Positions 36,909 through 48,926 of a stretch of DNA of 64,000 nucleotides are shown here, one piece after another. Origin of the DNA: Podarcis vaucheri (lineage: Eukaryota); assembly GCA_965113315.1 (NCBI GenBank), contig OZ220369.1. One strand, 5' to 3'. Each line of letters starts with the position of its first letter. Position 1 is the stretch's first letter. Made by a program: the position numbers and the translations under genes. The notes under the pieces were generated by a model. It searched no databases. It saw only the letters and a program-made list of their open reading frames with translations, and was not told the DNA's origin.

Positions 36909-37332
36909 TTAAACATAAAGAGAACAGAATCCAAATGAAAATGTCTCACACGCAGCTCCTTTAATAAAATGAACTTCTTAAATGCACCAGCAATACATAG
37001 TCAAAGCAATTCTCCCTTTTACTAATGTTTTATCACAATAGCAAAAAATTAAACTTAATTGTGTAAACATGCAAAATCAATAGCTCTTTAAAACAAGTAT
37101 TTTACAGTCGTTGGTTCACAGTTCAAAATGCTCTTACATACTGTTAAAAATACTACGCATGGTCAAAGCAGCTATTCAAAGGAATAACTGAGGGCATGTA
37201 GCTAACTAGCATATTAGCGAACGGCTCTCTTTAACCATGCAATTTATAAACTTACTATTGGCCAACACATTCTACCTACTTATTAGAAATAGAAAATAGA
37301 AAAAATGAAAAAATAGGAATTAAAAGGCATAC

Positions 37333-37400
37333 GTCGCCTGTTAACTGAATTCTTTAATTTTCTCAGGTCAATTCGTTACCCCCTTTTTGGACTTGGGCAG
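37333..37400 (-). other. TIA1: Candidate TIA1 poison exon (68 nt, intron 6)
   Basis: tttacag acceptor; gac|gtatgc donor followed by a long U-rich tract; in-frame TAA. Confidence 0.6.
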
Positions 37401-37601
37401 CTGTAAATTTTGAGAAATTGACATTTTCAGAAATGGTTGCATTATGGAAGAAAATAAACACTAACATGTTTTTTCTTTTTTACTATACACTATTAAATAA
37501 TCTTTTAAAGACTGCATTCGTAATTAACAATCATACAGGACTGATTGAAAACTACAAAGTATATAAAGTAAAAAATTTATAAAAGTAAATAGAAAAACTA
37601 C

Positions 37602-37670
37602 AACGTTTGTCCACTGTGAACTGTAGCTTGCAGTTAGCCATGGCAATGCTGTCCATTCTTCAGAGACATT
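37602..37670 (-). other. TIA1: Candidate TIA1 poison exon (about 69 nt, intron 6; SMSLKNGQHCHG*)
   Basis: ttttgcag acceptor; weak donor followed by a U-rich tract; in-frame TAA at 37634-37636. Confidence 0.65.
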
Positions 37671-40600
37671 CTGCAAAATAACCAGAGCCCTATTATTTGA
37701 GATTGAGTGAAAAAAGACAAAAGACCCAGCTACAATAGCTAAACCCCACTGGTGAAAACTCTGTTTCTATTAGCTATATGCTTCTCAGGCAATTTGTATA
37801 CATGACTAAATGGTCAATAACATTTTCAAACACACAGGCCTACTTTGCCCTCCCCAACCCACAAGAATCAGGCATTTATTACACACAAACGTAGTAAGAA
37901 AGTCATGCAGTGTAACTAGTGTCACTATACAGCAATAATGCGAGAGGCTGTATGATGCCAGACGGTCATCAAGGGAATTTCAACACACGCTACTATTGCA
38001 TCCTGTATGAAGAAACGTGATTTAACGAAGGGAGCTAAATAATGCTGAGATCACTGAAAGTCCCAAATAAAATTTAAAAATGTCACTCCATGGAAAATAA
38101 CCTAATTTTAACAATGCACATATGCTTTAAAGAGTTCATTAGTCTAAGTTAAGGCTATGTTACAAATTGCCTGAGAACAGCCACTTTAATCATTACATGG
38201 ATGGTTCTCTCTGTACATCTTAAAGGGGGGGGGGGGAGGAATCCTCTACCAAGGATAACCAACTCCCATCAGCCCCAATCAGCATGGCCAATGGTCAGGG
38301 ATGATGGGAGTTGTAGTCCAGAAAAATCTAAAGCGCTACCCGTGGCTCTATACTTACCCCTCAACTGTCATTCTTGAAAATGACTCAAGAACTTAAACAC
38401 ATGTATGTGCCAGCAATCACTATGGGGTTTTTGCATTAAAGTTCATAGTTACAAAGACTTGGAGTAACTGCACATGAACATTTTTATAAAGGAAACATGA
38501 CTATTAAGATTACAAACAGAGGGAGAATTTATTTGCACTAAAGAAATTATTTTCTCTCAGCTTTAAAAATGAAAAGAAACTTTTGCCTATATTTTGTCTT
38601 TTAAACAGCGTGACCATTTGTAACATTTAGAATTGTAAACCAGCTATTCAAAAAACAACTTTGAACACTTACTATTGGAAAACTTTTAAAATGAGGGGTT
38701 TTTCACTTTGATCTGTGTCAAGTTTGTTTTCTATAGATTAACTTGATAGGATACAGTTCAGAGGCTTAAGGTAATGATTAAGTGGCAAACCACTGTGAAT
38801 CCATAAAAATACGTCAAGTCCCAGTTCTTCCTTTCCCAGCAGCTGCTTCAGAGGTAAGAAAGTGCTCATGAGAGACTGTGTGCCAACACAAAACCATTCC
38901 CCCTGATTAGGCTTAGTGCCTAATTCAAGCCAGTAAACTTGGCTCACTCATGGCTAACTTATTTTTGGAGGGTTTGGGGGGGGGGAGAGTCTGTGTGGCA
39001 TTTTTTTCAACCCAGTATTAACTCTGCCTTCCCTGCTCCTAGTATATCAGCACACATTAGTTCCACTGTACAAATTAGGCTTAGATCAACAGCAACCAGT
39101 CAATGCAGCTGCATCACTAAGCAGGAAGCCAACCAAAAGATCTTAGTGTTTTGCGGACTTATTCCAACAGAAATGTAGTGTAGAATGACATCAAAATACT
39201 AGCAGAACTCTTAACTTTAAGAAGGAATCTTGTTAATGCAAGCAAAGTGGATTTTAATTTTATCAAATTAAGCATACCAGAAGCACTCTGATTTCAAAGT
39301 CACACAGATGCTTAAGCCAAACTAAAATTCATGGGACTAAAATATTTAGCACTTGCTTTGCTATCACAGCCTTTGCTGTCCTAGGCCTTCACTGGTAAGA
39401 CTTCTGCGAATACTTTGTGCCACTTTGTGTATCCACAGACAGCTATAACCCAGAGAATTTCAGGTCTTACTTAAATATGGAAGTACATTCTGAGAAGATG
39501 CTACACAGAAGTGGGCTGGCCTCATGTGGCCTTTCTGCAGATGAAGTTGCATTTCTTGGGAGCAGGGATTCTAGATCCAGATTCTAGACCCAGCTGCCCC
39601 CACCTTTTCTCTCCTATGGTCTGAAGCCCCTACTAGGAGGCAGCAAGTATAACTATTTAATGTAGCCTTAAATAAGATGGCTAGTGTATATGGGTAGGCC
39701 ACCTTTTAGTACTGAGAGCCACATGTTGAGTTTCATAAAAGGGTCTGTGAAACTGATAACTTTTACAGTTTGTATATCAACTGTATTATTTCCTTGAACA
39801 AGGCTGCTATCGTCGATTGCCTGGATTCTACAGTACTCCAAGTTACTATGCTCAAGGACCCTTTAAAGATTTTTGAGCAAAAACTCTTCTTCAAAGAAGG
39901 CTAGCAAGAATATCCACTAACCAACGTTTCTTTATATGATTGTCCAGCTTTTCTGATCTTCCCCTGAAGCAATGCTTCTCCTCAAAACATGTCAGCAACC
40001 TGAAGTTCCTGCTGTGTTTGGAAATCCCCAAGGCCTACCAGTCTTGCAGCAGTAGTTGCAAGCCCTTCTAGCTGTTGATTACATTGAAACAGACCAGGTG
40101 ACCACGGCAGCTGTTAGGCTAAGTCAAACCTTAGGGAATCCAGGAATACATTCAGGCTCTTGCCTCCATGTCCCAACACCTCAAACACAGGTATAACCAG
40201 GGAACCTCATGGGAGGAGGAACTTTAAGCAAAGAAACTCCATTCCCCCTCCATTTGGCCCAGGCTTGGTAACACTCCTTAGCTCTTGGTTGTAAGGACAA
40301 ATCATGTACACAGGTACTAATAACAGGCTTTGGAAGGGTAAGTTACCCTTACACCCCCCTCCCACCCAGCTTTTTTGCTAGGATAAGGAACCTTTTTGAC
40401 CAGCCATATAGAATGTGACTCATATGAACAATAATACATCTCACAAAGTTGGTTTGAGTGCAAACACACTTGTGCCATAATACATTCATGAGTCTTCTAA
40501 GATGCCACAAGGCTCTAAATTGCTTTTGTTTCAAGAGACTTATAATATTACCCCTCTGGAAACTGATACAAATGAGGCTACAATCTCATTGTGTTATCAG

Positions 40601-41017
40601 TTTTGAGATTACCTTCCAACCAGTTCTGAGAGTTGGGTGATATACTTCACAGCAGTAAGCAACACTCGGAAGAATTAGTGACAGATAAGAACAAACGTCC
40701 AAGAGATACACTACGTCAGGGGTTGCCAATATGGTGCCCTCCAGATATTGGGACTCCAACTTCCACCAGCCCCAGCAGCCAGCATAGCCAATAGGACAGT
40801 TGTAGTCCAACAAAATCTGGAGGACACATTATGTATCCCTGCACTACATCTTGCTTCCATTGCATACTAAAACAAGTAATTCATAACATGCTACACTGAT
40901 CTCCATACAGAAATCTTGTTCTCAAGTTGCTGCAATTATAATTCAATCACTGATGAGGATTTACATCAGATCTATCAGGAAATGCTACCAATGAAGTACT
41001 TATAATACAAATATTAC

Positions 41018-41062
41018 CTTGCAACTCAGCCTAATTGGTCATTGCTATCAAACTTCCAAGTC
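41018..41062 (-). other. TIA1: Candidate TIA1 poison exon (45 nt, intron 6)
   Basis: ttttagttttag acceptor; caag|gtaata donor; in-frame TGA. Confidence 0.5.
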
Positions 41063-41633
41063 CTAAAACTAAAAGAATGTTTCTCCATGGAAACAATACA
41101 GCTGGTTCCCTGGTATGTTACACACACTTTCACATGCCTTCCAAACTAAGACAATGACTGAAACCGAGAAACTATACTGGAGGCCGATTTCTAGTTTATT
41201 TTATTTAATAGAGCACCCATTTCACAAAAAAGCCAAAATCTTATAGGCCATAACTTCTATGAAATCTGATATTTATTAAAGCTGCTTTTATAAGACTATG
41301 CAATGCCTTTTCATTGGTGTAAGTCACCCAGAAATCAGCTTTCCCTTAGAAAACCCCTTCTAGATTATCTAGTAATTGGATAATGAAATGAATCAATACT
41401 GTTTTTAAAATTAAGTTGCAAGTCTAAAATACAGAAATATAAATCCAAAGTCTAGAAATTCACATTCAAATAAAGCAAGATGAACTGTTTGATAGCTCTG
41501 AATAACTACAAAAAGATACAACTCTTTAGAGAATATAGGTATCCTTAAATATACTGATACTCTTAATCAGCACATTTTCCTTAGCTTTAGCATCAAATTC
41601 TTGCCCCCATTATCTTTCATAAGGCATTACTTA

Positions 41634-41723
<90 letters not shown>

Positions 41724-42239
41724 TTACCAAGAAAAAGAAAAAGAAATGTACAAGTTTGCAGAGAACTCATGGAAATACAGGATAGGTTTGCTTTTTTTAA
41801 AAAAATAATCTTGTATCAATTTCCACACATCTGGAAACTACATGAGAACTAGAATCTTTTTACCTAACAGATAACAAAATACATTATGGTTTAATATATA
41901 ACCATGAACAGACATGATAGTAGACAATTATAGAAAATTACATATAACTAGAATTTTTCATTAAATTATATCTGTAGTTATTCATAACAGAAGCTATACT
42001 TCCATGAGAGCTAAGTCCATTTAGTCCAAAGCCAAAAAGTTATATTACAGCCTTATTTAATAATGCTAGAGTTTAGCCTTAATTATACACAAGTTTAATA
42101 ATAATGAGCTAAATATGAGCTAAAAATAACTGGTTCTGTGAGCAGAACAGAGTAGGATTAACACAAACCAGTATGGACAATATAAATTACAAGCAGCTCA
42201 ATCTTAGTCATATTTGGTGAAGAACAGTCAAAAAGATAC

Positions 42240-42375
42240 CTTGCATTGCAACAGTTTGATGTTAAAGTATTTGACAGTTTTCTGAAAAGCCAACAGTTTT
42301 GGTTGCCCAGCCTTTACACCATGTGAATCCATGTGAATTCAAAGTATGTGAAATCCATGAGCAAGTGAACTAAGA
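42240..42375 (-). other. TIA1: Candidate TIA1 poison exon (intron 5; alternative acceptor at 42281)
   Basis: gccttcag acceptor; caag|gtatcttttt donor; in-frame stop with either acceptor. Confidence 0.45.
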
Positions 42376-42485
42376 CTGAAGGCAACAGAACGGAAACAGT
42401 AATCCCTTCACAGTTTGTTAGAGCCATTTACATAAGAACTGGTTGATACAAAGATCTCATATCTAAGGACTTTCTTCATACTCAC

Positions 42486-42596
42486 ATAAAGCCCATTTTA
42501 ATTATCATCACCTCTAACTGATTTCAATGCACACATGACACTTTACATCTCCACCTTGGAAAGTCTACTTTAATCCTTCCCCAAAGTTTTAAAGTT
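42486..42596 (-). other. TIA1: Candidate TIA1 poison exon (111 nt, intron 5)
   Basis: ggccttag acceptor after a pyrimidine tract; tat|gtgagt donor; immediate in-frame TAA. Confidence 0.55.
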
Positions 42597-42948
42597 CTAA
42601 GGCCAGACAAGTAGAGAAGCAACACACTGGGTTGCATAGGAGCAGAAGGGAAAATGATCCAATTGGAATAGCAATTTTGATATACCACAAAGGGGGCTTA
42701 TGGCCCAGCACAGCCAGCAGCCTTGAAGGAAGCTGGTTATCTCACCCTCACAGAGAGGGAAAGAATTCTTACAGCAATAGCAGCTTAATGGGGTCAAAGG
42801 GCTTAAGAGTCAGCAACAGTCCACATCCTGATCCACTGAGAGAGGAGGGAGAAATCTTGTGACAACAGAACAACCCCCCCAAATAGCTTCAGGCGGTTAG
42901 TGAATACCCCTGAGAGATTTCATTTTATGTTTAAGAAGATACAATTAC

Positions 42949-42981
42949 CTTGTGAACGCAGTGTGTTGACAACGGTACTAC
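42949..42981 (-). CDS. TIA1: TIA1 alternative exon 5 (STVVNTLRSQ; TIA1a/b cassette)
   Basis: 33 nt; catcag acceptor, gtaatt donor. Confidence 0.9.
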
Positions 42982-43154
42982 CTGATGACAAAGATTAGAT
43001 TTGTTCTTAAGTTTATTAACACAAACACATTAAATAATATCTTAGGATAATGATCAAAACAATAGGGCAAATATTTGTATGATGCTTATTGCTTAAGATT
43101 TAAAACACTTTTGTGCAAATAAAGAGTAATTACTAAGAATTGTAAGGAACTTAC

Positions 43155-43209
43155 TGCTGGTATCTTTCTTCTGGCTGCTGGGGGTTGTTGCCCAGTTCAC
43201 TTTGACCTC
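43155..43209 (-). CDS. TIA1: TIA1 exon 4 (EVKVNWATTPSSQKKDTS)
   Basis: Splice sites present; 55 nt. Confidence 0.95.
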
Positions 43210-43614
43210 CTACAAATAATATTTGCTAAAATTATATTCAAGGAAGTTATGTTTACATAACCCACAAACCCTCAAAATGTAGTGTGTTTCACAAATGTGA
43301 TTTATGTTTTATATTATTTTGCCATATTTAATGCAAAATATGCTCCCACCCTAATGAAGTTGAGTGATATTAGGTATTAAATAACCCTTATTACTTTGCC
43401 GAGCTATTTTACTTGCAAAATGCAAAGAATTTCATGATAACTTTTCACTGTACTTGTATTTATCTATATGGTGTTTAAAAAAAATTTAAAGTTCTACTAT
43501 ATACAACAGGATAAAAGTTTACCTTTAGGTCTTCTTCTTTTTACAAAAGCGGTTTCATCCACAACCTAAAGCCACACTTCTGCTCCAACTCACCCTTTAG
43601 ACCTGAGAGCTTAC

Positions 43615-43713
43615 CTTACCCATTATCTTCCGTCCATTCATAGCCGCTAAAGCTGCAGCTGCATGTCGATGCTCATAGAACTCCACAAAACAGTATGGAT
43701 CATTTCCAGCTGT
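43615..43713 (-). CDS. TIA1: TIA1 exon 3 ([33 protein letters not shown])
   Basis: Splice sites present; 99 nt. Confidence 0.95.
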
Positions 43714-44172
43714 CTGTGTAACACAGAAAGGAAAGCTATCAGAAACCATTGCTGAGCCATCTCAATGTCTGTGTTGTTTTTGTTTTATGATATCTCCCAA
43801 GCAAGCAGCATCATTTAAGTCCACAATCCTAGGTACTATTACTATTATTTTGTGTTTAGGATTAGCAGGAAAAGAGAGTTCCACAGCAATAAGTAAGATT
43901 TTATGCCTAAAGTGTTAAAAAAGTGGATTGAAACTTCAGACCTTGTAAATTATACACTGATTATTTTTAGTGGAAACAGAGTAATTTGAAAACTACCGTA
44001 TTTTTCGCTCTATAACACGCAGTTTTTTCCTCCTGGAAAGTAAGGGGAAATGTCTGTGCGTGTTAAGGAGTGAATGCCTGCAGATGGCAGGGGAATCCGC
44101 TGCAGTTGTGAGCAGTCCATGGCTCTCTTTGAAACTGCAAAGCGGGTGTAAGCGGCTCCTGTCAGCAAGCCG

Positions 44173-44513
44173 AGCCGGGGAGGAGGGAGAGAAGCAGATC
44201 AGGGTTGGATCGGGGTTGGTTGCTTTAAAACAACCCCGTGCTCTATGTCCCTCTCTCTTCTCCAGTGAGCTGCTAAGTAGCAGCAAAGCTTTTAAGCCAG
44301 CCTAGCCGGGAGGAGAGAGAGAAGCAGATCGGGGTTGGATCGGGGTTGGTTGCTTTAAAACAACCCCGTGCTCTATGTCCCTCTCTCTTCTCCAGTGAGC
44401 TGCTAAGTAGCAGCAAAGCTTTTCAGCCAGCCTAGCCGGGAGGAGAGAGAGAAGCAGATCGGGGTTGGATCGGGGTTGGTTGCTTTAAAACAACCCCGTG
44501 CTCTATGTCCCTG
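44173..44513 (+). repeat. About 130-bp tandem repeat, roughly 2.6 copies, inside the TIR element
   Basis: Unit starts at 44173, 44304 and 44434. Confidence 0.9.
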
Positions 44514-44599
44514 CCTGCAGTTTTTTGCTGTCCGATTTTGGATCAGCCACTGTAGGGGCTGTGTGGCTGTGTGTGTGTGTGTGTGTGTGTGCTTGAGCT

Positions 44600-44970
44600 A
44601 TCATTCTCCTCCTCCTCCTCCTCCTCCTTCCTGTTCACTCTCCCAGCGCCCCTGCGCTCTCCTGCGACTTTAGGATTGATACTGTGTGTGTGTGAGAGAG
44701 AGAGAGGGGGATCGTTCTCCTTCTCTTGCTTCCCACTCCCAGCGCCCGTGCGCTCTCCTGCGACTTTAGGATTGATACTGTGTGTGTGTGTGTGAGAGAG
44801 AGAGGGGGGGGGATCGTTCTCCTTCTCTTGCTTCCCACTCCCAGTGCCCCTGCCTCTCCTGCGACTTTAGGATTGATACTCTGTGTGTCTGTGTGTGAGA
44901 GAGGGATTGTTCTCCTCCTCCTGCTTCCTGTTCACTCCCCCAGCGCCCCTGCGACTTTAGGGCGACTTTA
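44600..44970 (+). repeat. About 90-100-bp tandem repeat with (TG)n(AG)n, inside the TIR element
   Basis: cctgcgactttagg recurs near 44661, 44757, 44858 and 44948. Confidence 0.85.
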
Positions 44971-45376
44971 GCATGGATCCACATGGATCCTCAGGATTTT
45001 TGCATTGGGCTACGCCAAACTCACCGTCAGATCACATGTCTGTGGCCACAGCATGAACCACAAAAATCATACACCCACTGTTTTGTTTAGAATATTTTTT
45101 TCTTGTTTTCCTCCTCTAAAAACTACGTGCGTGTTATGGTCTGGTGCGTGTTATAGAGCGAAAAATACGGTACTTTTAGCTTACTACTTTTTTCTTAGTT
45201 CTTTTACTTATTAGTTACCCTTCAGTTTTACCCAATTTGTTTTACTGAAATTTCTAAAGGGAGGGCAACAACCTGTGAAACTCCTGGGGGAAGAAATCTA
45301 AACCTTCTTAGAATCCTCAAAACCACAATTTTTATATTAAAAGATATTTTTTGTGCAGAACATAACCACTGCATTA

Positions 45377-45499
<123 letters not shown>

Positions 45500-45818
45500 T
45501 TAGATCCATGGAGGTCTGAGTCTCAAACAATGAAGACCTGTTTGCCCTGAAGGAAGGGAGAAGTGAGGAAGTCTAGGCCATACCACTAGCTCCTGACAGA
45601 AGTATCAAGGAGAATTGTTGGGGCAGCCCTCACCCATCTTCCCTGGAGCTACCTAAGAAAGACCTGTGTGAGCAACACATAGCCTGAAGGACTCTGTCAC
45701 ACTGAATTTTATTTGTTTTTGTATTTTAAACCACTTTGGATTCCTTGGCAGAAATGTAGTAAGTAAACTAACCATCATAGTCAGACTTCCTTAATAAAAG
45801 AAAAGTAACTGTACCTTC

Positions 45819-46183
45819 GGGACGCGGGTGGCGCTGTGGGCTAAAGCCTCAGCGCCTAGGGCTTGCCGATCGAAAGGTCGGCGGTTCGAATCCCCGCGGC
45901 GGGGTGCGCTCCCGCTGCTCGGTCCCAGCGCCTGCCCACCTAGCAGTTCGAAAGCACCCCCGGGGGCAAGTAGATAAATAGGTACCGCTTACCAGCGGGA
46001 AGGTAAACGGCGTTCCGTGTGCGGCTCTGGCTCGCCAGAGCAGCGTTGTCACGCTGGCCACGTGACCCGGAAGTGTCTTCGGACAGCGCTGGCCCCCGGC
46101 CTATAGATGTGAGATGGGCGCACAAACCCCAGAGTCTGTCAAGACTGGCCCGTTCGGGCAGGGGTACCTTTACCTTTACCTTT
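45819..46183 (+). mobile_element. Full-length Sauria SINE with TSD
   Basis: tRNA-derived head gggacgcgggtggcgctgtgg...ggttcgaatcc; (accttt)n tail; TSD aactgtaccttc at 45807-45818 and 46184-46195. Confidence 0.93.
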
Positions 46184-46930
46184 AACTGTACCTTCCAAAG
46201 CAAAACAACTGTACCTTCCAAAACAAAAATAAGCACTCAATCACAAGAACAGGATGCTCAGAAGTTAACAAAAGAGGGAGAAGCAGGCTTGAAAATGTGT
46301 GCAGAACAAGGGAGGATTTTTTCACTGTTACTAAACCTAAAGGCTGAGAACAGGTGAAACCACAATACAGCATTACTCAAGATATTTGCTGCACAAATTA
46401 CAAATGCTATAAAAAAGTTTGCAGAGCAGTAGTACAGTGCATTTATAAGAAGACTAAGTAAGGTATTTGTATCCCTTTCTCCATTTATATCCCTCCACAA
46501 AATCCTTCCTAAGACTCCAGGTTTACCTGACCACTATCAGCATCAACTGGCCAAATTTAAAATTCAGCACCAAATGCAACCCCATTTTCAGCAGGCATAA
46601 ATTCAATTCAGGCTTACCAAGGAAGAAGAGAAAAATAGACAGCGCACTTAATAATGTGCACTTGATTCTTCCTTTGAAGTATGAACCATGTGATGTCAGA
46701 TGACTGACAGCTGTCAACCCCATCAACATGTCAAAAGTGACCTGGGGTGGGTGGGCCAGATCCATCCACCACTGTTTATGCTTAGGCTGCCTCCTTGTTT
46801 TGCATGGGGGTTACGTTCTGCCCCTCTTCCATGCTGCCGTTTTAGTGACATTTTAGGGTCACTTCTGGGTTTGACCCCAGGCACACATGTGCAATCGCGG
46901 GTCAATCAAATGCACATAAATCAACCCTTG

Positions 46931-47537
46931 CCCGGTTACGTACTTACAGTGGTGCCTCGCAAGACGAAAAGAATCCGTTCCGCGAGTCTCTTTGTCTTGC
47001 GGTTTTTTCGTCTTGCAAAGCAAGCCCATTAGCGGCTTAGCGCTATTAGCGGCTTAGCCGATAAGCGGCTTAGCGGATCAGCCGATAAGCGGCTTAGCGG
47101 ATAAGCGGCTTAGTGGATCAGCTGTTAAGCGGTTTAGCGGCTTGGGGGAAAGGGGGGGAGGGAAAAAACCCCGCAGGAACTCGCAAGACATTTTCGTCTT
47201 GCGAAGCAAGCACATAGGAAATTCGTTTTGCGAAGCACCTCCAAAACGGAAAACCCTTTCGTCTAGCGGGTTTTCCGTCTTGCGAGGCATTCGTCTTGCG
47301 GGGCACCACTGTAATTCGTTCTGGAGATCCGTTCTTAACCTGAAGCACCACTTTAGCTAATGGGGCCTCCTCCTGCCGCTGCTGCTGCCGTGCCGCTGGC
47401 ATGCGATTTCTGTTCTCATCCTGAAGCAAAGTTCTTAACCCAAGGTACCATTTCTGGGTTAGTGGAGTCTGTAACCTGAAGCGTATGTAACCTGAAGCGT
47501 ATGTAACCTGAAGCGTATGTAACCCGAGGTACTACTG
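46931..47537 (-). mobile_element. MITE of the 9430 family interrupted by a nested MITE
   Basis: Right TIR aacccgaggtactactg plus TA; internal ttagctaatggggcctcc shared with the 9430 copy in opposite orientation. Confidence 0.7.
46947..47311 (-). mobile_element. Nested Tc1/mariner MITE (365 bp), 16212/32658 family, inverted orientation
   Basis: Same TIRs, TA TSD, (agcggctt)n interior. Confidence 0.88.
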
Positions 47538-48926
47538 TATATGTATTCAACACATAACTGCCTTTGAAGATGGTTCAGAATTTTCATGTGGTACAAAATG
47601 CACTGTCTTAATGATTAATGGGATCAATACAATTTTCATATCTAAAGCCTATTTTAAAACAGTAGCAGTGGCTACAGAACCAAAATCACAGTATTGATTT
47701 TAAGCTTTAATGACCAAGATAGTATGAGTTCTGATTATCTCAGAGGCCACCTTGTCTGTTATGTGCCTAACCTGAATTAAGAACTACCAGTGAGGCTCTG
47801 CTAAAACATTCCACCATATGTGGGGGTCACCGGTAGTTTAAGGAGGTCAGAGCCGAAACATCCTCAGGAACTTGGTATGATTTCCATTTTTACTTCTTTA
47901 TCAAAGGGCAAGTTAAAACTTTCTCTTTTTCATTCTGCCTTTGCGAGTTGAATTATTAGCCTACACTGCTTTATTATCTGATACACACTTAAGCTGGTGT
48001 ATATTATTTTGTTCACCATTTTGATAATTTTGAATTGAAAAACTGCATTAAAATGTTTTAAGAATCAAGGGTGGAAAACCTTTGTTGGACCAAGAGTTGC
48101 ATTCCATCTTGGCCAACCCTCCCTGGGCCTGCAAGCCGATGGTGGGTGAGACCAAAACAATAATGAGCAGGCCATTGCACCCTCTCACATGCACACACTC
48201 CAAGTAAACCCACCAGCACACAGTCTTAATCCCCAAACAATTGTCCAAGGGAATATAATTTTTATGGGGATTTTGGCTAGGGAGAGTTAACCCTTTTCTT
48301 ACCAGTTACACAAAGATTATCCACCTGCATTGCAATTAGGCTTGAAAACAACCTCCCAATGGTACCAACAGAAGGTTGCTTTCAAGCCTAATTGCAGTGA
48401 GAATAGGATGGTTAACTCTTTCTTCTGCAGCTGGAACCCAACCCACAGAACAATCTCCAATGCCACAAATAGGCTTTCAAACCTGCCTCCTACTGGCACT
48501 AATAGAGCAGCAAGGCAAGTCCCAGCACCATGGAGAGCTCCAAGTGAACATTTTGCTCCAAAAAGAGCTGCAAACCTTCTGGGGAACTTTGAGCCACTGC
48601 TTTCAAACCTGCCTCACCTCCTGGCAACCCAGTGTCTCCTGAAGGGCCAACCCTCTGGCAATTCTCCTGTGCTCCTGTCTCCCACCTACTGCATCACTGG
48701 AATGGTGAGGTACTATGTGAGTAGCTTAGGCCCTCAGGCCCAGGGGGAAGATTCCTGTGAAAGTCCTCTATGGAAGCTGGTGCTGTGGGAGCTGGGTCAG
48801 TTGGCTCCTACCTGCCAGCCTCAGTGCTCCCCTGATCTCCAACATCAGGCTCATAGTCTGGACTGGCTCATGAGCTAGACTCTGTAGCCTCCACTTGGCA
48901 TCCTGATCACAACACACTTGAACTTA

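Larger units (their letters stand above)
43996..45170. mobile_element. pogo/Tigger-like non-autonomous element (1175 bp) with internal tandem-repeat cargo
   Basis: TIRs ccgtatttttcgctctataacacgca/tgcgtgttatagagcgaaaaatacgg; TA TSD. Confidence 0.9.

Noticed and set aside
44173-44970. CRISPR-like periodic repeats
   Set aside because: Head-to-tail tandem units without unique spacers, inside a eukaryotic TIR element.
45819-45900. tRNA-like sequence with A and B boxes
   Set aside because: Head of a Sauria SINE; no complete cloverleaf.
48330-48878. 182-aa plus-strand ORF in TIA1 intron 1
   Set aside because: Non-ATG start and no recognisable homology.
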